A stretch of DNA of 63,372 nucleotides, filler included, from Collodictyon triciliatum (taxonomy: Eukaryota), in assembly GCA_043381765.1 (NCBI GenBank). It is 4 parts of 4 records of this genome, joined end to end, with 100 filler letters (N's around TTAATTAATTAA, not from the genome) between each part and the next. Parts side by side here need not be neighbours in the genome. Positions count along the whole stretch, not along the records: positions 36,679 to 54,893 come from JBHJMP010001390.1; 3 more parts are not named here. The stretch is one strand, 5' to 3'. Positions within the stretch are counted from its first letter, which is position 1. Every line of letters starts with the position of its first letter. Made by a program: the position numbers and the translations under genes. This document shows, piece by piece, positions 40,201 to 54,893 of the stretch. The notes under the pieces were generated by a model. That model ran no database searches. It was not told where the DNA came from and saw nothing but the letters and a program-made list of their open reading frames with translations.

Positions 40201-43200
40201 TTTTTTAAAAATAAAAAAAAAATTGGGCTCTATTGGTTAAAGGCCTCTTCATTCTACGTATATTGTATATCAGTTCGACTTTATGTTATTTTGTTGGTAT
40301 TTACCAGAATACATCGTCTGGCGGAAAGTAGTTCCGAGAGCCTCGGCCTGCTTCTGCCCTGCGTGGGTCAGCTCTCCACCCCACTTCAGAACGAATAGTG
40401 CCTGGTCAACAACTTCGTACTGCTCTATGACCTTGGGCTCCTCTCCATCCACTGGCTCGGACATTACCACAACTTTTCGTGTCTTTGTCGGCTTCAGCTG
40501 AGCCTTTCGATTAATACCCGAAAACTGAGTTCCAAACTTGCCGTCTCCTTTTAACTTGTGCGATTTTCGCTCAAGCACCTGCTTTATTTGGAGAATCTTT
40601 TCAAAGTATTCCTCTTCTTCAGCCTCTTCTTTGGATCGCTTAAGCTGTTGGTCATCTTGGCCACTCGAGTCTGCGGGCCCTAATGTTGCCAACACTGGCA
40701 CTTGGCTTGGTGGCAAAGAGTCCTGTGTCTTTTGCGTCTCGAATGGATTGGCCTTATGTTCCGTAGTTGGTGTGGACACAAGCACAGGGATGGGAATTCC
40801 TCGGGCTCTACGCTTTTCCACCAAGTCGTCGTAAACTTGGTTTGTGACATCAAGCAAAGCCTGTAATTCCACCGCGGATTTGAGCTTCAGTTCCCTGATT
40901 TTGGGGCGCCCGTTGGAATCTTTGCTTTTAGAGAACTTATCAAACATCTGCAAGTAGCGTGAGTCTGTCATTTTGATTTTAAGCTTCTGTTTGGGGGTGC
41001 GGTCGCCATGGCGAATGACAGCGATGATACATCGGAGGAATTCCGGATTTTTCTTGACCACCTTCATGAACTGAGTGGGCTGTGCTTTTGGGCTGGGGAC
41101 TGTCTGTGGTGTGCTTGGTGAAGTTTCAGTGTTCGAAATAACGTCTGTCAAAGAGGCACCCGGCATGAGTTGAGGGATGTTACCAAGATTGCCACTGGAC
41201 TGATCAGACATGATGGTGCGGTAAAGGTCTGTTTGTTTTATAAAGCGTCGAATGAGGAGCTTTCGGATGATCCGAGCAGAATCATCATAGTACTTGACAG
41301 AGTTTTTCACAAAGCTCAGTCCGTTGACATCACAGACATATGATTTACTGTCATCACGAAGGAGGTCGAACCCGCAAATACTTTGCTTAAAGGCCAAACT
41401 GATTTGCAGTGCGACATTCTTTTCAAAGGTGGTAAGCATGATTGGATATCTGACTTCTTTCCCTTCAGCATCTCGCTGTACTCGCCCATCCACCACGGGC
41501 GACTTCCTAGCCTCTGCGTGAGAATATTCGCGCCCGACAGAGTAGACTTTGATGTCTGTCCCCTCGGTCGACAGAAACTCTTCATATATGTACGACCTAT
41601 CTCTCCGAACGTTGGAGACATCGGGATAAAACTGGCTGCTTCGATTCTCGATCTTGCGAAAGAGGCGTTTGCTTCCTCCTCCAGCAGACTTTGGGTAGTA
41701 TATGTAAATGTTGTGATTTTCTCCACTTACAGGCTTTTCGACGAAAGGCTTTTCGATACGACGGCCGTCAACAACCACCGCATCCTCGTATTCTTCAAAG
41801 GTACTCCAGTCCTCGGGTTTTGTTTCAGGCTCCTTTGGGACGTTTTCAGGTGCAAGCTCCTTGGAAAGCTCCTTTACGTTTTCCTCAGTGACTTTGGGAG
41901 TTCCACGATTCATCACCACATGGTGCGGAACCGGGATGCCGTAGTCTTGGAGGATTTGGTACACTCTCCTTCGATCTAGAAGCTCCCTTTGCATAGATAT
42001 GTCGTTTATCTAGGGGGGAGGAAAAAGATACGCATGAATTAGATGTGCGATTCACGTTCAAATTGTGACATCATGTACTGCGTGAAACTACGTAAGTTGA
42101 ATGAATATAAAGGAAAACCTGATAGGGCTTTCTTAATGCCACGTATGCCTCTGCTTTGCTAAGTGGAAACCCAGTGGAATAGAAGCAAAGAAATGCGTCA
42201 CATTTTGGCCACTCATCAATAGGCTTGTCGAATATGATGTCTTCAGTAAACATGATAATCTCAAAGTTTTGGTAGTTTCGAATACGATTCAGAATCTCCA
42301 TCATCGGCTTTGCACTGACCTGCGCAATATTATATTTCTAAAAATGTATATATATATATTCTAAAGAGAAGCTTATGATAAAGAAGTAGTATGAGAAAAA
42401 CATATGAACAGAAAGGAGACTTCCTGATAAGCTGTTATGATGATATCTTTTACATGTTGGTTGTTTTGTTTTGTGTTTTAGTAAGATTATTATCATAAAG
42501 AAAACATTTCGCGTGTTCTGAATAAAAAAAAAAAAAGGGTCTTTTAAAATTGGTTCTATGTCTATCAGAATTTGGTATTGAATTTGATTATGTTTTCGGA
42601 ATACACGAACCTTCTTTTCCATGGCGCATATACCAAGCTTGATGAGTCTCCTTTGTTTCAAAACCTGATTGCGAGACTCACGTTTGTTTCGCAACGGAAG
42701 GTTTGTGGATGAAATGAATGGAGAAATGCTGGAAGCTATTTGCCCGAGCGAGCCGAATGAGACTGTGCGGGACGAAAGTGCAGTAGAAAAGTCTAGTAAA
42801 AAGAAATATAAGAAAATAGAAAGGGTGTGATAATTTACATGCAAGTTTGAGTTTATGATAGAATTAAGTCATCTTATGAGAATGAACACGGTAGTTTTTA
42901 TCAGGAATATCTTTTAAAATCAACATGTAGGTTTTAATATCTAAATAAAAATCGTGGGTGGAGTAAAAACAGAGAAAGGACTGGATTGCCTTAGTGATAA
43001 ATATGTGCATATATATGGAGTGCCCGCCAAACTCCGCAGAACGAGATGTATAAAAGAAGACGAAAAGGAGAAATATTCAAAGTTTAAATGAATCTGAAAA
43101 ATAAAGTGAAGCATTGGACTTTGAATCGAATAAAGGGAAGAAAAAAAGTGAAGCATTGGAGGTGGTGCACAAGAAGGAAAATAATATGCAACAGAGAAAG

Positions 43201-43634
43201 GAAAGAGAAAAAAGGAAAAGAAAAGAAGAAATGAAATGAAAAATGAAAAAAGAAAAAAGACAAAGAAGAAACAAACTGCTCGCGTCCATCCTTTCGTTCG
43301 AGATCGGAACCGGGGACGAGACCCGCTTCAAAGGTGGGAGTCCGTCCCCCACGTATGCAATTGCGTTTGCGAGGTGCGGCGGAGTCGGTGGGCCGGAGGA
43401 GGCGGCTGAGCTGAGATCAGACTTTGACTCGGGGCGCGACGCCTGCGGCTGTGCGAAGGGCGCATCGTCCGTGGGAGTTGTGTAGCCCGAGCGGATCGGC
43501 AGCGGCGGCGGAGGCGGAGGCGGCAGCGGAGGCGTCGGGGAAGCAGACGGGGACGGCGGTTCGCTTCCGATCGCCTCTGTTGTGCCGCTCGTGTGGGACG
43601 CAGAGAGTGGAGATGGGGTGTGTTCTTGGCTCAT
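37275..43634 (-). CDS. VIP1: Inositol hexakisphosphate/diphosphoinositol-pentakisphosphate kinase (PPIP5K/Vip1), multi-exon
   Basis: [51 protein letters not shown], phosphatase [49 protein letters not shown]. Confidence 0.96.
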
Positions 43635-43639
43635 GCTTT

Positions 43640-44041
43640 TCTATTTTGTTTTTGTTGTTGTTTTGTTGTTTTGTTTGTTGTTTTTTTGTTGTTTTTTTGT
43701 TGTTTTTTTGTTTTTTTGTTTTTTTGTTTTTTTGTTTTTTTGTTTTTTTGTTTTTTTGTTTTTTTGTTTTTTTGTTTTTTTGTTTTTTGTTTTTTGTTTT
43801 TTTGTTTTTTTTGTTGTTTTTTGTTGTTTTTGTTTTTTGTTTTTTTGTTTTTTTGTTGTTTTTGTTTTTTGTTTTTTTGTTTTTTTTGTTTTTTTTGTTT
43901 TTTTTTTGTTTTTTTGTTTTTTGTTTTGTTTTTAATTTTGTTTTTGTTGTTTTTTGTTTTGTTTTGTTTTGTTTTGTTTTGTTTTGTTTTGTTTTGTTTT
44001 GTTTTGTTTTGTTTTGTTTTGTTTTGTTTTGTTTTGTTTTT
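43640..44041. repeat. ~400-bp T/G low-complexity tract ending in (GTTTT)n
   Basis: Directly visible; immediately upstream of the PPIP5K start codon. Confidence 0.95.
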
Positions 44042-44196
44042 ATATCCGCCGCTCCTGCTGTGTCTCCGACCTTTGAGATTTATAGTGTGCTTGTGGCAAA
44101 CGCCCCAATGTCTGAGAAATGGCGCCCGTCTTGATTTCGCAGGCTGGGCAATTTTTTGACATCGGGGTGTATTCGGTCTTGAAGGCTGGAAGGTGC

Positions 44197-44475
44197 TCAC
44201 GAACGCGAACGCGAACGCGAACGCGAACGCGAACTAGAGCCAGAGCTAGAACCAGAGCTAGAACGTGACCTTCTCGAACGGCGTCTTGAGCGTCTCCTCC
44301 TGCGACCCCTTCTGTCCGAGTCACTGGAACTTGACCTTGAACTTGACCTTGAGCTCGACCTGTACCTCGAACGGCTCCTCGAGCGGCTTCTTGAGCGGCC
44401 TCTGGCACGGCGCAATGCGCGAAGCTTGCGCTCCGATTCGATCATGTCTTCCTCGCGCTCTTCACGCTCCCTATC
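44197..44475 (-). CDS. Arg/Ser-rich coding segment, probably a terminal exon or a small gene
   Basis: CAG|GAT acceptor, then DREREEREEDMIESERKLRALRRARGRSRSRSRS...RSRS*; varied codons rather than a pure microsatellite. Confidence 0.5.
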   Translation of the reverse strand, partial: DREREEREEDMIESERKLRALRRARGRSRSRSRSRSRYRSSSRSSSRSSSSDSDRRGRRRRRSRRRSRRSRSSSGSSSGSSSRSRSRSRSRS

Positions 44476-44857
44476 CTGGAAAGTGGTCCTTTTGTTTTAG
44501 GGGGGAAGTTTGGCGGTATATGATATACTGCAGCTGAGGTTGAGAGGCTGCGAGTAAGAAAAATAGCATGTGTATGATTGGTGTATGCGGCAAAGATAGG
44601 CAGGGCTGCGCGTTGTTATAGGTTGATGAATCGCGGCTGGTCGCTTGGAAAATAAACAAAGAATATAATAGCCTGCAAACTTGCTCTTCCTTCTTTTTCT
44701 CTTGCTCTGCTTGTTCTTTTTTAACTGTATTATTTGATTCATATTAGTCTTTTTTTTAAAAAAAAAAAAAAAGAATACCCAACAAGAACATCAGTAGTAT
44801 ATACACATGGACGAACTTGGAGACTAGCAAAATGTATGGGACGATAAAGGATAATTA

Positions 44858-47800
44858 AGCTAAAGAAAGATTTCATATCGGCGGGTCTTGATTGCCTTTG
44901 TATTGAGACTCCACAACTTACTGACAGTGTTCAGCTGTTTTCTCATTTTGATTTTTAACTTTTCAGCAGGCGTCTGTAATATTTATCCATTTCAGAACGG
45001 TGTAGGTATTTAGATTAATATTCATTATATTTTTGGAACCAAAGTAAACATCAGCCATCGCAGTTTAAGTTTGAGGTATCATAAAGAAAAGCAACACCTA
45101 CCAATTTGAGTAAATCCTTAACTGTTTTCGACGGTCTGATGTCAATAGTATTATTTTGTGATAAGTAAATAAATTCGTGTATAAAAAAAGGGATAATGAT
45201 GGATTGTGTTTAAATAAACAAAAGAAACAAAAAGAAAAAATAACGAGGTGGAATGAATTTTAAAAGATGACATCGTACTCGACCGACTTCTTTGTGCCCT
45301 TTGATATGGATTCAACAAGTTCTGGGTTATAGATTGCCTCACTTTTGCGACTTCTGCGAGAGCAATTATTTTGTGTTGGGATGAGGGAAGGTAAATAAAT
45401 AGGTTAGGATACAGGAAAACTAATAGTAGAATCAAAATTCGATTGTTTATGAATAGGACAGCTTCATTCCTATTATATTTCTAAACTAGTGTGACACAAC
45501 AGATACAGCCGTATGTATTTGAATTTAAAGTAAAATTCGCCATGAAACATTGATATACATATCATAAGATAGATCATCGAATGAAAAGAGAAAATTCAAA
45601 CGCATATGGCCATCTAATATATACCAAACTGCTACCACCTTGGTTCATCATTAGAAATCGAAAAAGATGTGATGAACTCTCTCTTGATCTTTAGAGACAA
45701 AGAGAATATACAGATGAGTAATTTCACCCATGAATATCAAAATATTGAGATAAAAAGATAAAAGAAACATTTAAAATTACAAATGCTAAGTAATCTATGA
45801 TTACGAATAAAGAAAATACATAGATACATGTTATCAATCCTTCAAATCCATCTAATAAATAGGATACATATCACACGAATGGTTACCTCTCCACGGTTGG
45901 GGGATGGAGACCTTTATTAAAAAATAATACCGATGATGAGAAATACGTCAATATGATTATCATCACAAATATGCTATGACAGAATATAACGTATCAATAA
46001 CCTGGGGCCACGACGATATGGTTCGTAAGTAGGACTCGAACGACTAGGAATAGAAGAATCGTAAAATTGTAACAAAATTAGAAACGATTTCATATACTTC
46101 ATATATCAAATGGTGATATTAGACAAAACAAAACAAAACAAAAATAGACGGCGTAAATAGAAATGATATTTTGAGGCTGAAATAATATTCCGAGTAATTC
46201 TTTTGGTATTAAAGGGTTACACGAACGAAGCTACAGATTAGGTGTGATATTAGAAAGATTGAAAATTACTCCTTCCTTGGAGGCGACCACTCTGAGTACG
46301 GACCGCGCGTTTGCAAACGAACTTTTTCTCTCTCTCTTTGCCGCTCTCGCTTTGTAAGGTGTTGGATCTGCAGTTTTAAGGTAGTTACATCAAATCAAAA
46401 GGATGGATACCAAAAAAAAATGAGGATTTAGGTAGTTTCGTTTCAAAAAAAAGAAAGTATTTCTTACTCTATCCTCTAATTCCTTCTTACTTTCAATCTC
46501 AGTTTGCTTACTTTCTTCTTCACGAACCTGCCACAGTTGGGACACAGAATAATATATCAAAGACAAGTTACATAATTATGTGCAGTTGTGAATTTATTTA
46601 TGGCAAGGGTACATACAAATCTGCGCAGAAACCGACAGAAGTTTGGTATTCCGTATGTGTACGCAATCTGGTCAACAGTTTTTTGCTATATTTTGTGAGA
46701 TAAGGCATGTAAGCCGTGTGATTCTAACTAGAACTTACAATAAAATTATTGCTCAGAGAAAGACGAATTGTGTCAATATTTCTATCGGTCAACAGCCCAG
46801 TGCATGAGTACATAAACACCATATAATAAAATAAGAGAGAAGGAAACGCATATACATGTGGACACATCCCACAAGTCAATACCTCTTTCTCTTCCATGTC
46901 CAAAATTTTGTGCTCGATAGTATTTGTCTCTTTAGCAGGTGGAGGTCCTTCTTCCTCTTCACTTTCTTCTTCACTTTCACTGCTTTTGTCATCGAGCTGA
47001 CTTTCTTCGTATTTGAAATGGACACTTGAATACTGTCCGGATGTTGCTGTTCTAGTGGTGGGATATTTAAAGTAGAATTTAGTCATAGATAGAACCTTCT
47101 GAAAATTTTTAATATCTGATTATTTGCCTCCTTATTATTGACAGGTGAACAGGATTGTTAAAAGAAAGGGGGAAAAAAACCGAACTGGCAATATATCCAA
47201 TATATGTAATGATTTCTTATTCTTCCTTTCGATATTATGCAAGAAATATATGTAATGAGATTCAATCAATATCCCAAACGGTGCAGGGGGCTTGGGTTTT
47301 GGTTGGTATGGCTTTGGTGCCAGATCAGCCACTTCGATTTCAACCAGTTTGATTAAGTCTTCTTCTGTCACTAAATTGTAATAATAAAAATTAAAGGTTT
47401 TATTTCGATGAAAAAGGTACATCTTTTTGGAGAATTTTACACGATTATGTTTTACATGTCGTCTGGGAAGACACCACCAAGTCTCGATATCTTTCAAAGA
47501 ATTGCATGATTCTATGGTTGACGAATTGTGAGCACGTTCAAATGAGTGAGTAATAAGGATGCAAAAGACTAGTGTGCTTATCGGCGATGAAATAAGTAAT
47601 ACTCGTCTTCTTTTTCTGTCTCCGACAACTCAGGGGCTCGGCTACGCTTAGGGTCGTACTCGAAGATGATATCCAAATGGGAGCGCACGTCATACCTTTT
47701 GAGGTTGTTGTTACGTTTGATAGAAAGCATTCAACTCAGCTTTCTGAGAACAAGAACAAAAACAAAAGAAGGAAACGATGAACTTTCATAGATTATTTTA

Positions 47801-49080
47801 TTGTCGTATTTCCTTTTTGTTCGAAGAGCGAAAACGACACTTTGATCGAAATCATAATTCGGAGCAACTGAGGGATCAGACCTATCGATGAGGACGTCGG
47901 CTTTGCCTTGCCAGCAGACGCTAAGAATGGATGTATGGTAAATTATGTGATTGTCCAGGAGGGCCAAGATATTGGATTTGAAATTGTTGTCCCATCGTTC
48001 CAATGTATAGAGTACAAATAAAAGGAAATATGTGAAAATCACATGTAAACTAAGAATAAAGTAAAAGATATAGTCGTTAAAAAAAAAAACTCACAGCGCG
48101 TCTTTGCTTTCGTTTTGATAGTGCGCATTTGTATCTTTGTGAATCTTGCATGCTTTCCCTTCCACTCTGATCAACTTCTCAGGATCAATAAGCTATTGTT
48201 TGCGGAAACGGTAGAATGGGAAAGTCAGAGGTATCTATGGTTCTTATTCTGGTGCAAAGGGGGAGAATATTGGAACAAAGCCAAAAGGCAAGAGGGTCTG
48301 TTCAGCATCCAGAGAGTAAATATTAAGTGTAAGCAAGAAGGGGCCCTTTTTGTGTTTTGTAGCAAGATTCAAGACTCATTGTGGTTAACAGTAGTAATAA
48401 AACAATACTGATCCTGATCCATATAACAGAAAGGAAAAGGAAAAGGAAAAGGAAAAATAAAGTGCTACATTCTTGCGTTCTTTCTGGCGGCGCTTCTCTG
48501 CTTTCTTCCTGCTGTCGCTCATCATTTGGTAGAGAGCTTTGTCCTGCTTGCGACATGTGTGCCACATCTTCCGGGTGGGAACTTTTTGGGGTTGCGGTGC
48601 GGCTGCGCAGACTGATACTCACTCACTTTTTCTGTCAATGCCAGCATGCTTGGAAGCAGATGCTCTGCTGATCTTTGATCTAAAGAACCTGTGATTTGTG
48701 CTTTGTATACAATTCTGGAATATATATTTATACCCAACTTGAATTCCATTATGGCTTTTTTTTGCATTTGCATACATAAATTTTTAATATTTGACAGAAT
48801 TTTTCATAATGTAGTTTGGAATAGACTGCAAAAAGCCGCCTGAAAAATATTCGGGGCTGGATAGTTGTTTGTGTGCCAGCAAGATGACATTTCTGGGTAG
48901 GTCGTTGATAGCGAGTATCACCAAGCGGGTGACCCATAAGATTCATTGAGTGTGTAGGTAGCAGAGGCTGTATACGGGACGGGGGATTGATAACAACATT
49001 TTCCCACGCTTTTGCCCCCAGTTGCAATGGTAGACAATGCGGGCGTCTTCGGGCAGGCCATCGACTAAATTTTGATTATT
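44858..49080 (-). CDS. Hypothetical multi-exon protein; boundaries approximate
   Basis: GC-richer blocks bounded by splice sites, e.g. SSESEEESEEEEGPPPAKE, EEDLIKLVEIEVADLAPKPYQPKPKPPAPF, ERWDNNFKSNILALLDNHIIY; no family recognised. Confidence 0.4.
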
Positions 49081-49619
49081 TTTTTCTTGAGTCTGTGTCG
49101 ACGTTGCCAGTTTTTATACATATAAAAAATGACTAGGCACACAATTAGCTTTAGCTTCGGTACTGGAGTACACAATCTCATATGTACGTGGGAAATTTGT
49201 GATTTGGCTTCGTAGCCTCGTTTACAAGGCCTAATTTATATGATTAGAGCGAGTGAATCTTCGTTGAAGCTGATTGTGCAAGAAAGGATTGTTTATCTTG
49301 GTTGATGTGTATAATTTCGGCCATGCGTTGTGTTTTGGTGGTATTGGATTAACTCCTAGAACGGCAAGAAAAAATAAGAAAAATGAGAATGGAAGAAATA
49401 AATGAAAATGAAAGTACGACCACACGAACGAGAGGAAAAGGATTCAGCTGAAATATAACTATTTAGAGAAAGAAAATTGTACTAAAAGGGTGTCTTGTCA
49501 TATGCCCTCTTTCGACAAACAAAACGGAATAAGGAGACGAAAGGCAAAACAGGAGAATCAAAGTAAAGGTGGTCGATGTTTGAGAGGTAGGGTGAATCCG
49601 AGCCTTCATAGTACAGCTA

Positions 49620-52600
49620 CTACTGCGGTCCTCTCTGCATTTCCTGCATGATTAAATTCCACTGCTCTTTGTTGTCAAGTGTGCAATCTCTGAATATGGA
49701 TAATCCAGGTGCTACATCTGCCAAGTGGCTAAAAATGGGAACGCCAATCGCACCTATGAATCCCATCTGCATTTGTGGTAGTATTACTTTGTCTCTGTCC
49801 ATTATGGGTGTAACTGGGATGTTATATTTCTTCTCTGCATCTCCTTGGTTAAAAAATTCGATTGTCACAACACCTGCCCAGTGCTTTGCAAGGAGAAATG
49901 GCTTCGCTATAATTTAGGGAACAAGATTACTCTAATGCCAGACAGAGAATATTAAAGTCGATAAACAGATAACTAATTCAATAGGTAGCATCGAGAACTG
50001 AGAAAGATAAAGCGGAAAGAAAGGAGATTGAAAATGAAATCAAGGAAACCCGCTTTATTCGAAGAATTTGTTGAAATATTGTTAATGTAATAGTAAAAAA
50101 AAAAAAAACATTTTTCTATGTTGAATTTCTTAGATGGAAAGGTTTAGGATAAAATAATGAAATCAAATAGGCTAAAAATAATTAGTCACTATAAAACAAT
50201 AGACCAAAAACAAAACAAATGCAAGTAGTTTATGGTATACTTAGAAAAAGTCACTATTAGGATGGAAAATATTTTAAATTAACGGCAAAAGATAAAACAG
50301 ATATAAAAATGATAAAACATACAATACCTATGTTGGATATATCCGAGCATTTAATTAGAATATTGGCAAATAATTTTCTATCGTCCTCATTTTCTTTCGT
50401 GTAGCTTTTTTCTTGTGCAACTTTTTGTATCTTAGATACGTATTCGAAATGACTTGCCATATCAGTCGCGAGGATGGAGGAAATTATAACCTATCGTTAA
50501 TTAAATGCGCATTTATATTAGTTTGTTTCAGTTTTGAGATTTGTTTGGAATCTGCATTAAAATGAACATTTACAAACCTGCCAAACTTGCCCATATTCAG
50601 CTTCTGATAATCCTTCCAAAATATTATTCTCTGGTATACTTAAAATAGTAACAGCTGTTGCACAATGATGATTCTCCATCACAGCGACATTATTGTATAG
50701 TAGCGCTATCGGTGACTTCATCTTGACTTGGAAAGCATTATTGAATCCTCTACACAGAAATAATCGAATGATATTTTAGCTGGAGTATTGATTACAAAGT
50801 CTCAATTCGTATAGAATGATGACCACCTGTGGTCCAGGTCGTGGCAAACACACGCAACAAATAGTCCAAAAACCTCAATTTCTGTCAGGTATTGTGATAT
50901 ATCACAATACTTGTAGAATAAATACGTGCAATGGGTAACATCAAATGCATGTACAAAATTGTGATAAGGAACATCAGAGCGGTAAAGTGATTGACACTTC
51001 AAAAGGAAATTAAACCTATGGATGACATGTAAAGTATTATTTCCAGTTTGCAGTCACCAGTACCATGCAATCATTCATTTCATCATTTATATTTATATTT
51101 ATATTAATATTAATATTATATTTGCTACCACTATTATTTAAATTATTATTTATGTTATCGATTATTTGGTTTGCTACACAGCATCAAACTTATCTAAATG
51201 AAAATAGTTCAAGTGCAAATTCTAAATGGACATCATTGGAATTTAAACGAGTAAATTTGGAAGAAAAGCTTACAATTTTAACTTATCAATTTTGTATTTC
51301 TTGATAAATCCCAGGTCTTCAAACATGTAAACAAAAAGACCAACAATCTCGTCCACAGAGTAATCCCAGCATTGAAAGTATATATTTGCGATGGTGTCCC
51401 TAGTTTTGGTCAGGATAGCATGTTTTAGGCCTTTCTCAGTTTCTGTTGCACGAAAATAAATGCAATCTCATCGTACTTTGCTTTTTCGGGTACCCGGTAT
51501 CTTTTCTCAAAATAATCCAGTGACCCTTTCAAACGAACATCCTCCACAGCAAACGGGTCATTCAGATCGGAGAGATTAGTTAAACTCATGGATAGGAAGG
51601 ATGTGAAGGCTAAGTTTGAAATATAATTAATAAAGGAAAAGGTTTGAAATAAAAGTATATCAATAGATTGCGATTTATATCTAAATTCCATTTGATAAAT
51701 CATCCTGTGCATACGGGATTAAAAAGTGGCAATCACTCGCCTTTGAGAACCTCCAAATCATCCTTATCAAACGGACATTCGGACCTTTTGTTAATCATCT
51801 CTACAACACCAACCAGATCAGAAACTTTGTTAAATATTGGAACGCACATGACATCCCGTGTCCGATATCCAGATTGGCGATCAATTTCACTATAGAATCT
51901 CTATAATCACATATGAAAATACAAACGAATGTTAATGAACGGTAAACATGTCTCTTTTTTTTTGCTTATGCTTTAAAAAAAAAACTATCCAAACCGCGTC
52001 AAGGGAAACCTCCTCGACGATTACTGGCTCTTCAGAAGATACAACATGCCCAACGATACCCTTGCCTATGGGTACAATGATATCGTCCATCCCAATAGAA
52101 AATTTCGATTTTATCTGCATGTTCCTGCCAGAATAAATAAGCCTTTTTAGATAAAAAAAAAATCGGATGTTGTAGTATATTCCCTAATTTATGTATACAC
52201 ACATTCTATCGACTTCAAAGACAGCAAATCGGTCGGCATTCACGACATCCTGGGCCTGCGACATAATAGCTCTCACCATTGACGCGATATCATTTCCTGA
52301 CCTAAATGTATTAGAAGCGCCTAAAAAGGCTTCTATTGTATATTCTAACCGGTGTGCCTTTGTGCTTAACGAATAATTTCGCATAACCAGCCCACATAAT
52401 GTCGAGAACAAACTCAGAATTTTCATATCCTTCCCAGTGAACAGACTATTCCTCTTGTTCCAGAGCTCAATAACACCAACTATATGTTGCTCTACAATTA
52501 CTGGGAAGCAGATAACATTCAGCATTTTAAATCCATCTGATGAGAGTTCATGTTTCAACGTCCTTGAGTCAGACATAGAATCTGGGATTATGATGGCTTC

Positions 52601-54656
52601 TCCAGTATGAAGGATATGCCCCTCAATCCCATGGTCTTTTGGAATACTAATGTTTCTGTTTGCTCCCAATAAAGGGCTGCTCACCCATGAGTCTCGCTGC
52701 TCATTCATTTTGAACAATACGCATTTTTCAGACATAGTTAATGCGCTGGCATGCATTAGTATTGATCCAATGTATCGGTCTACTTCTTCAACTGATCCAA
52801 GGTCTTGAGTTTGAGAAAGTCTTGTCGTATTAGCGCTTAATGGTGATGTGCTTAAGGATATTGGCGGTAATTTTGGCCCCATGCTCTCCTCCTTGTTTTC
52901 ATGTAACTCGAGAAAGGCAGATATATGAATACTGACATATGAAAGCACATTTTGTAATATGTGAGAGGCTACCTTTGAAAAAAGCCCATCTGGTAAGTTA
53001 ACACAAACGCAGACTGCAGCAAAATGAGCGTTAAATACTGGGGCAAGCTCATGTGTGAAAGGAAATGCAATAAAATTGTTGACCTTCATCGGAGGGATAT
53101 CCCCCCCTTCTAATGATGGGTTGTAACGCAATTGAAAGTCTTCGAAATCACTTTTTTGTTTCTTGAAAGAGTACGTGGCTCCACTCGACATGATATCAAA
53201 AGATATAGATGAAGCATTAGATGACCCACTCGTCATTTCTTCCATGTCGACCCGGAATGGGTTGTTCACTAATATTTGGCCGTCTTGTTTGAAGAGTAGG
53301 GTTACAGACTCTGCGTTGAGTAAATGAGCCAGTTTGGTTTGTAGTGATGGAATAAATTTCTTGATGTCGAGAACGCAAGGGATGATGCTCTGAGATAATG
53401 CCGAAAAACAAGAAGCCATGTCAAACTCGGCCTCCTCAACGACATCACATTCTTTTTTTTGGGTGGGTGGTATTGGTGTGCAATTTCCCTTTGAATCTTT
53501 TGTTCCTTTGTTTAAGGATTGATTTCTTTTTGACTTGGATGGCGTTTCTTCCCTCTGTAAATTTGAAATAAAAATAATCAGAAAATATTAAGGGACTACA
53601 TAGTATTGCATGACAGCACTTGTAAATCCCTTTAATTCAGGTTGGCCGAGTACCTTCAAATTATGTTCGTAGGTAGTAGCCGCGGGAGATGTATGTCGAG
53701 ACAACGATAGTCTATTTGTGTCGACAAATACTTTCTTTCCGCGACATTCACCAGTATTTTGCTTTTCCTCCAGAGTCTGTTTACTCATTTGGTTAATAAT
53801 TTGATTTAAAGCTTATAATTGTGTGAATTATGGCTATAATTGGTTGATATGATGAGGGATTTTTTGGAATGTGATCGGCGTAGGTATTTGTAAACACAAA
53901 AATAGACATACATTTGATACTGGGCTTATGGCTTCATTTGTTTGTGACAGCTCTTCCATAATCCCGATAAGTATGTCCCTTTGGGAGCTTTGGAGCTAAT
54001 AGCAAATCTTGTTACATACATCTTTATTCAAATAATTAAATAACTGACTGCTCTATGGATAGAAATAACAAGATTTTTGGCGTGGCCAGACCCATTTTAA
54101 ATCAAAATAATAGTAAAAAATTATGTGATTGTTCAAACTACACAAATGATAATCATAATCATAACTAGAATAACCTTGAGGAGAGCCGAAAGCTGTGCCC
54201 TCAATCTTTCATTGTGTACAACCACAGAGTCAGCCTTTGGAGTTAAAACTGATTGCTCGGGTCCATAATCTCCCACAGAGTTGAGTGAATTTTGTGGGGA
54301 TAGTCCCGACTTTCCACCTCCGATGGGATGCAGAGATACATTCTTACGAGAGGGAAATCGTCCTTCTCGACTGCTACTCCCCTATGGTCGGTAGGAAATT
54401 ACTATCAGATTCATATATTATTCAATCGTAAGATTTGCGATAGTATAAATATTGGGTCGATGGCATCTTGTTTTTTTCTCGTATATATCAAAAGATAAAG
54501 AGAATTTGAGAGATGATGAAAAACTGGCCATACATGATAGGTTATATTTACCTTTGAAGAAAACTCTCCGTTATGAACGAAAGCGCTGGTCGGTGTATCC
54601 ATGTATGGATTTCGGGCAGCAGGAGATTTTGGTCTGGCTTTGTTTGAATTTTGCAT
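49620..54656 (-). CDS. GAF-domain class I cyclic-nucleotide phosphodiesterase; 5' end uncertain
   Basis: GAF motifs (GIEGHILHTGE..., VGVIELWNKR..FTGKD; GIVGHVVSSEE..., LVGVVEMINKR); catalytic YHNFVHAFDVTH, HDLDH, MENHH, LIKCSDISN, EFFNQGDAEK. Confidence 0.93.
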
Positions 54657-54796
54657 TGATGGCTGATGGAGCAGACAGCCCAGTTTGTTCACTTCGGCTG
54701 TTCAATGTAATTGAAATAAAAAAAAACCATGAAGCCTCTAAATTGTGTCAGGAAATATGACACAGAGTGCGAGAGCTTCTTTCAATTGGACAGATC

Positions 54797-54893
54797 TTTT
54801 TTTCTTCTTTTTTCTTCTTTTTTCTTCTTTTTTCTTCTTTTTTCTTCTTTTTTCTTCTTTTTTCTTCTTTTTTCTTCTTTTTTCTTCTTTTTT
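54797..54893. repeat. (TTTTTTCTTC)n repeat at contig end
   Basis: Directly visible. Confidence 0.9.

Noticed and set aside
41316-41979. Overlapping alternative-frame and antisense ORFs in the large PPIP5K exon
   Set aside because: Shadow ORFs of a strongly conserved coding exon.
43424-44200. Long F/V/C/L-rich or K/Q/N-rich ORFs (also at 4-285, 2437-2848, 12640-12846, 35464-35682, 54729-54949)
   Set aside because: Translations of microsatellite or low-complexity tracts.
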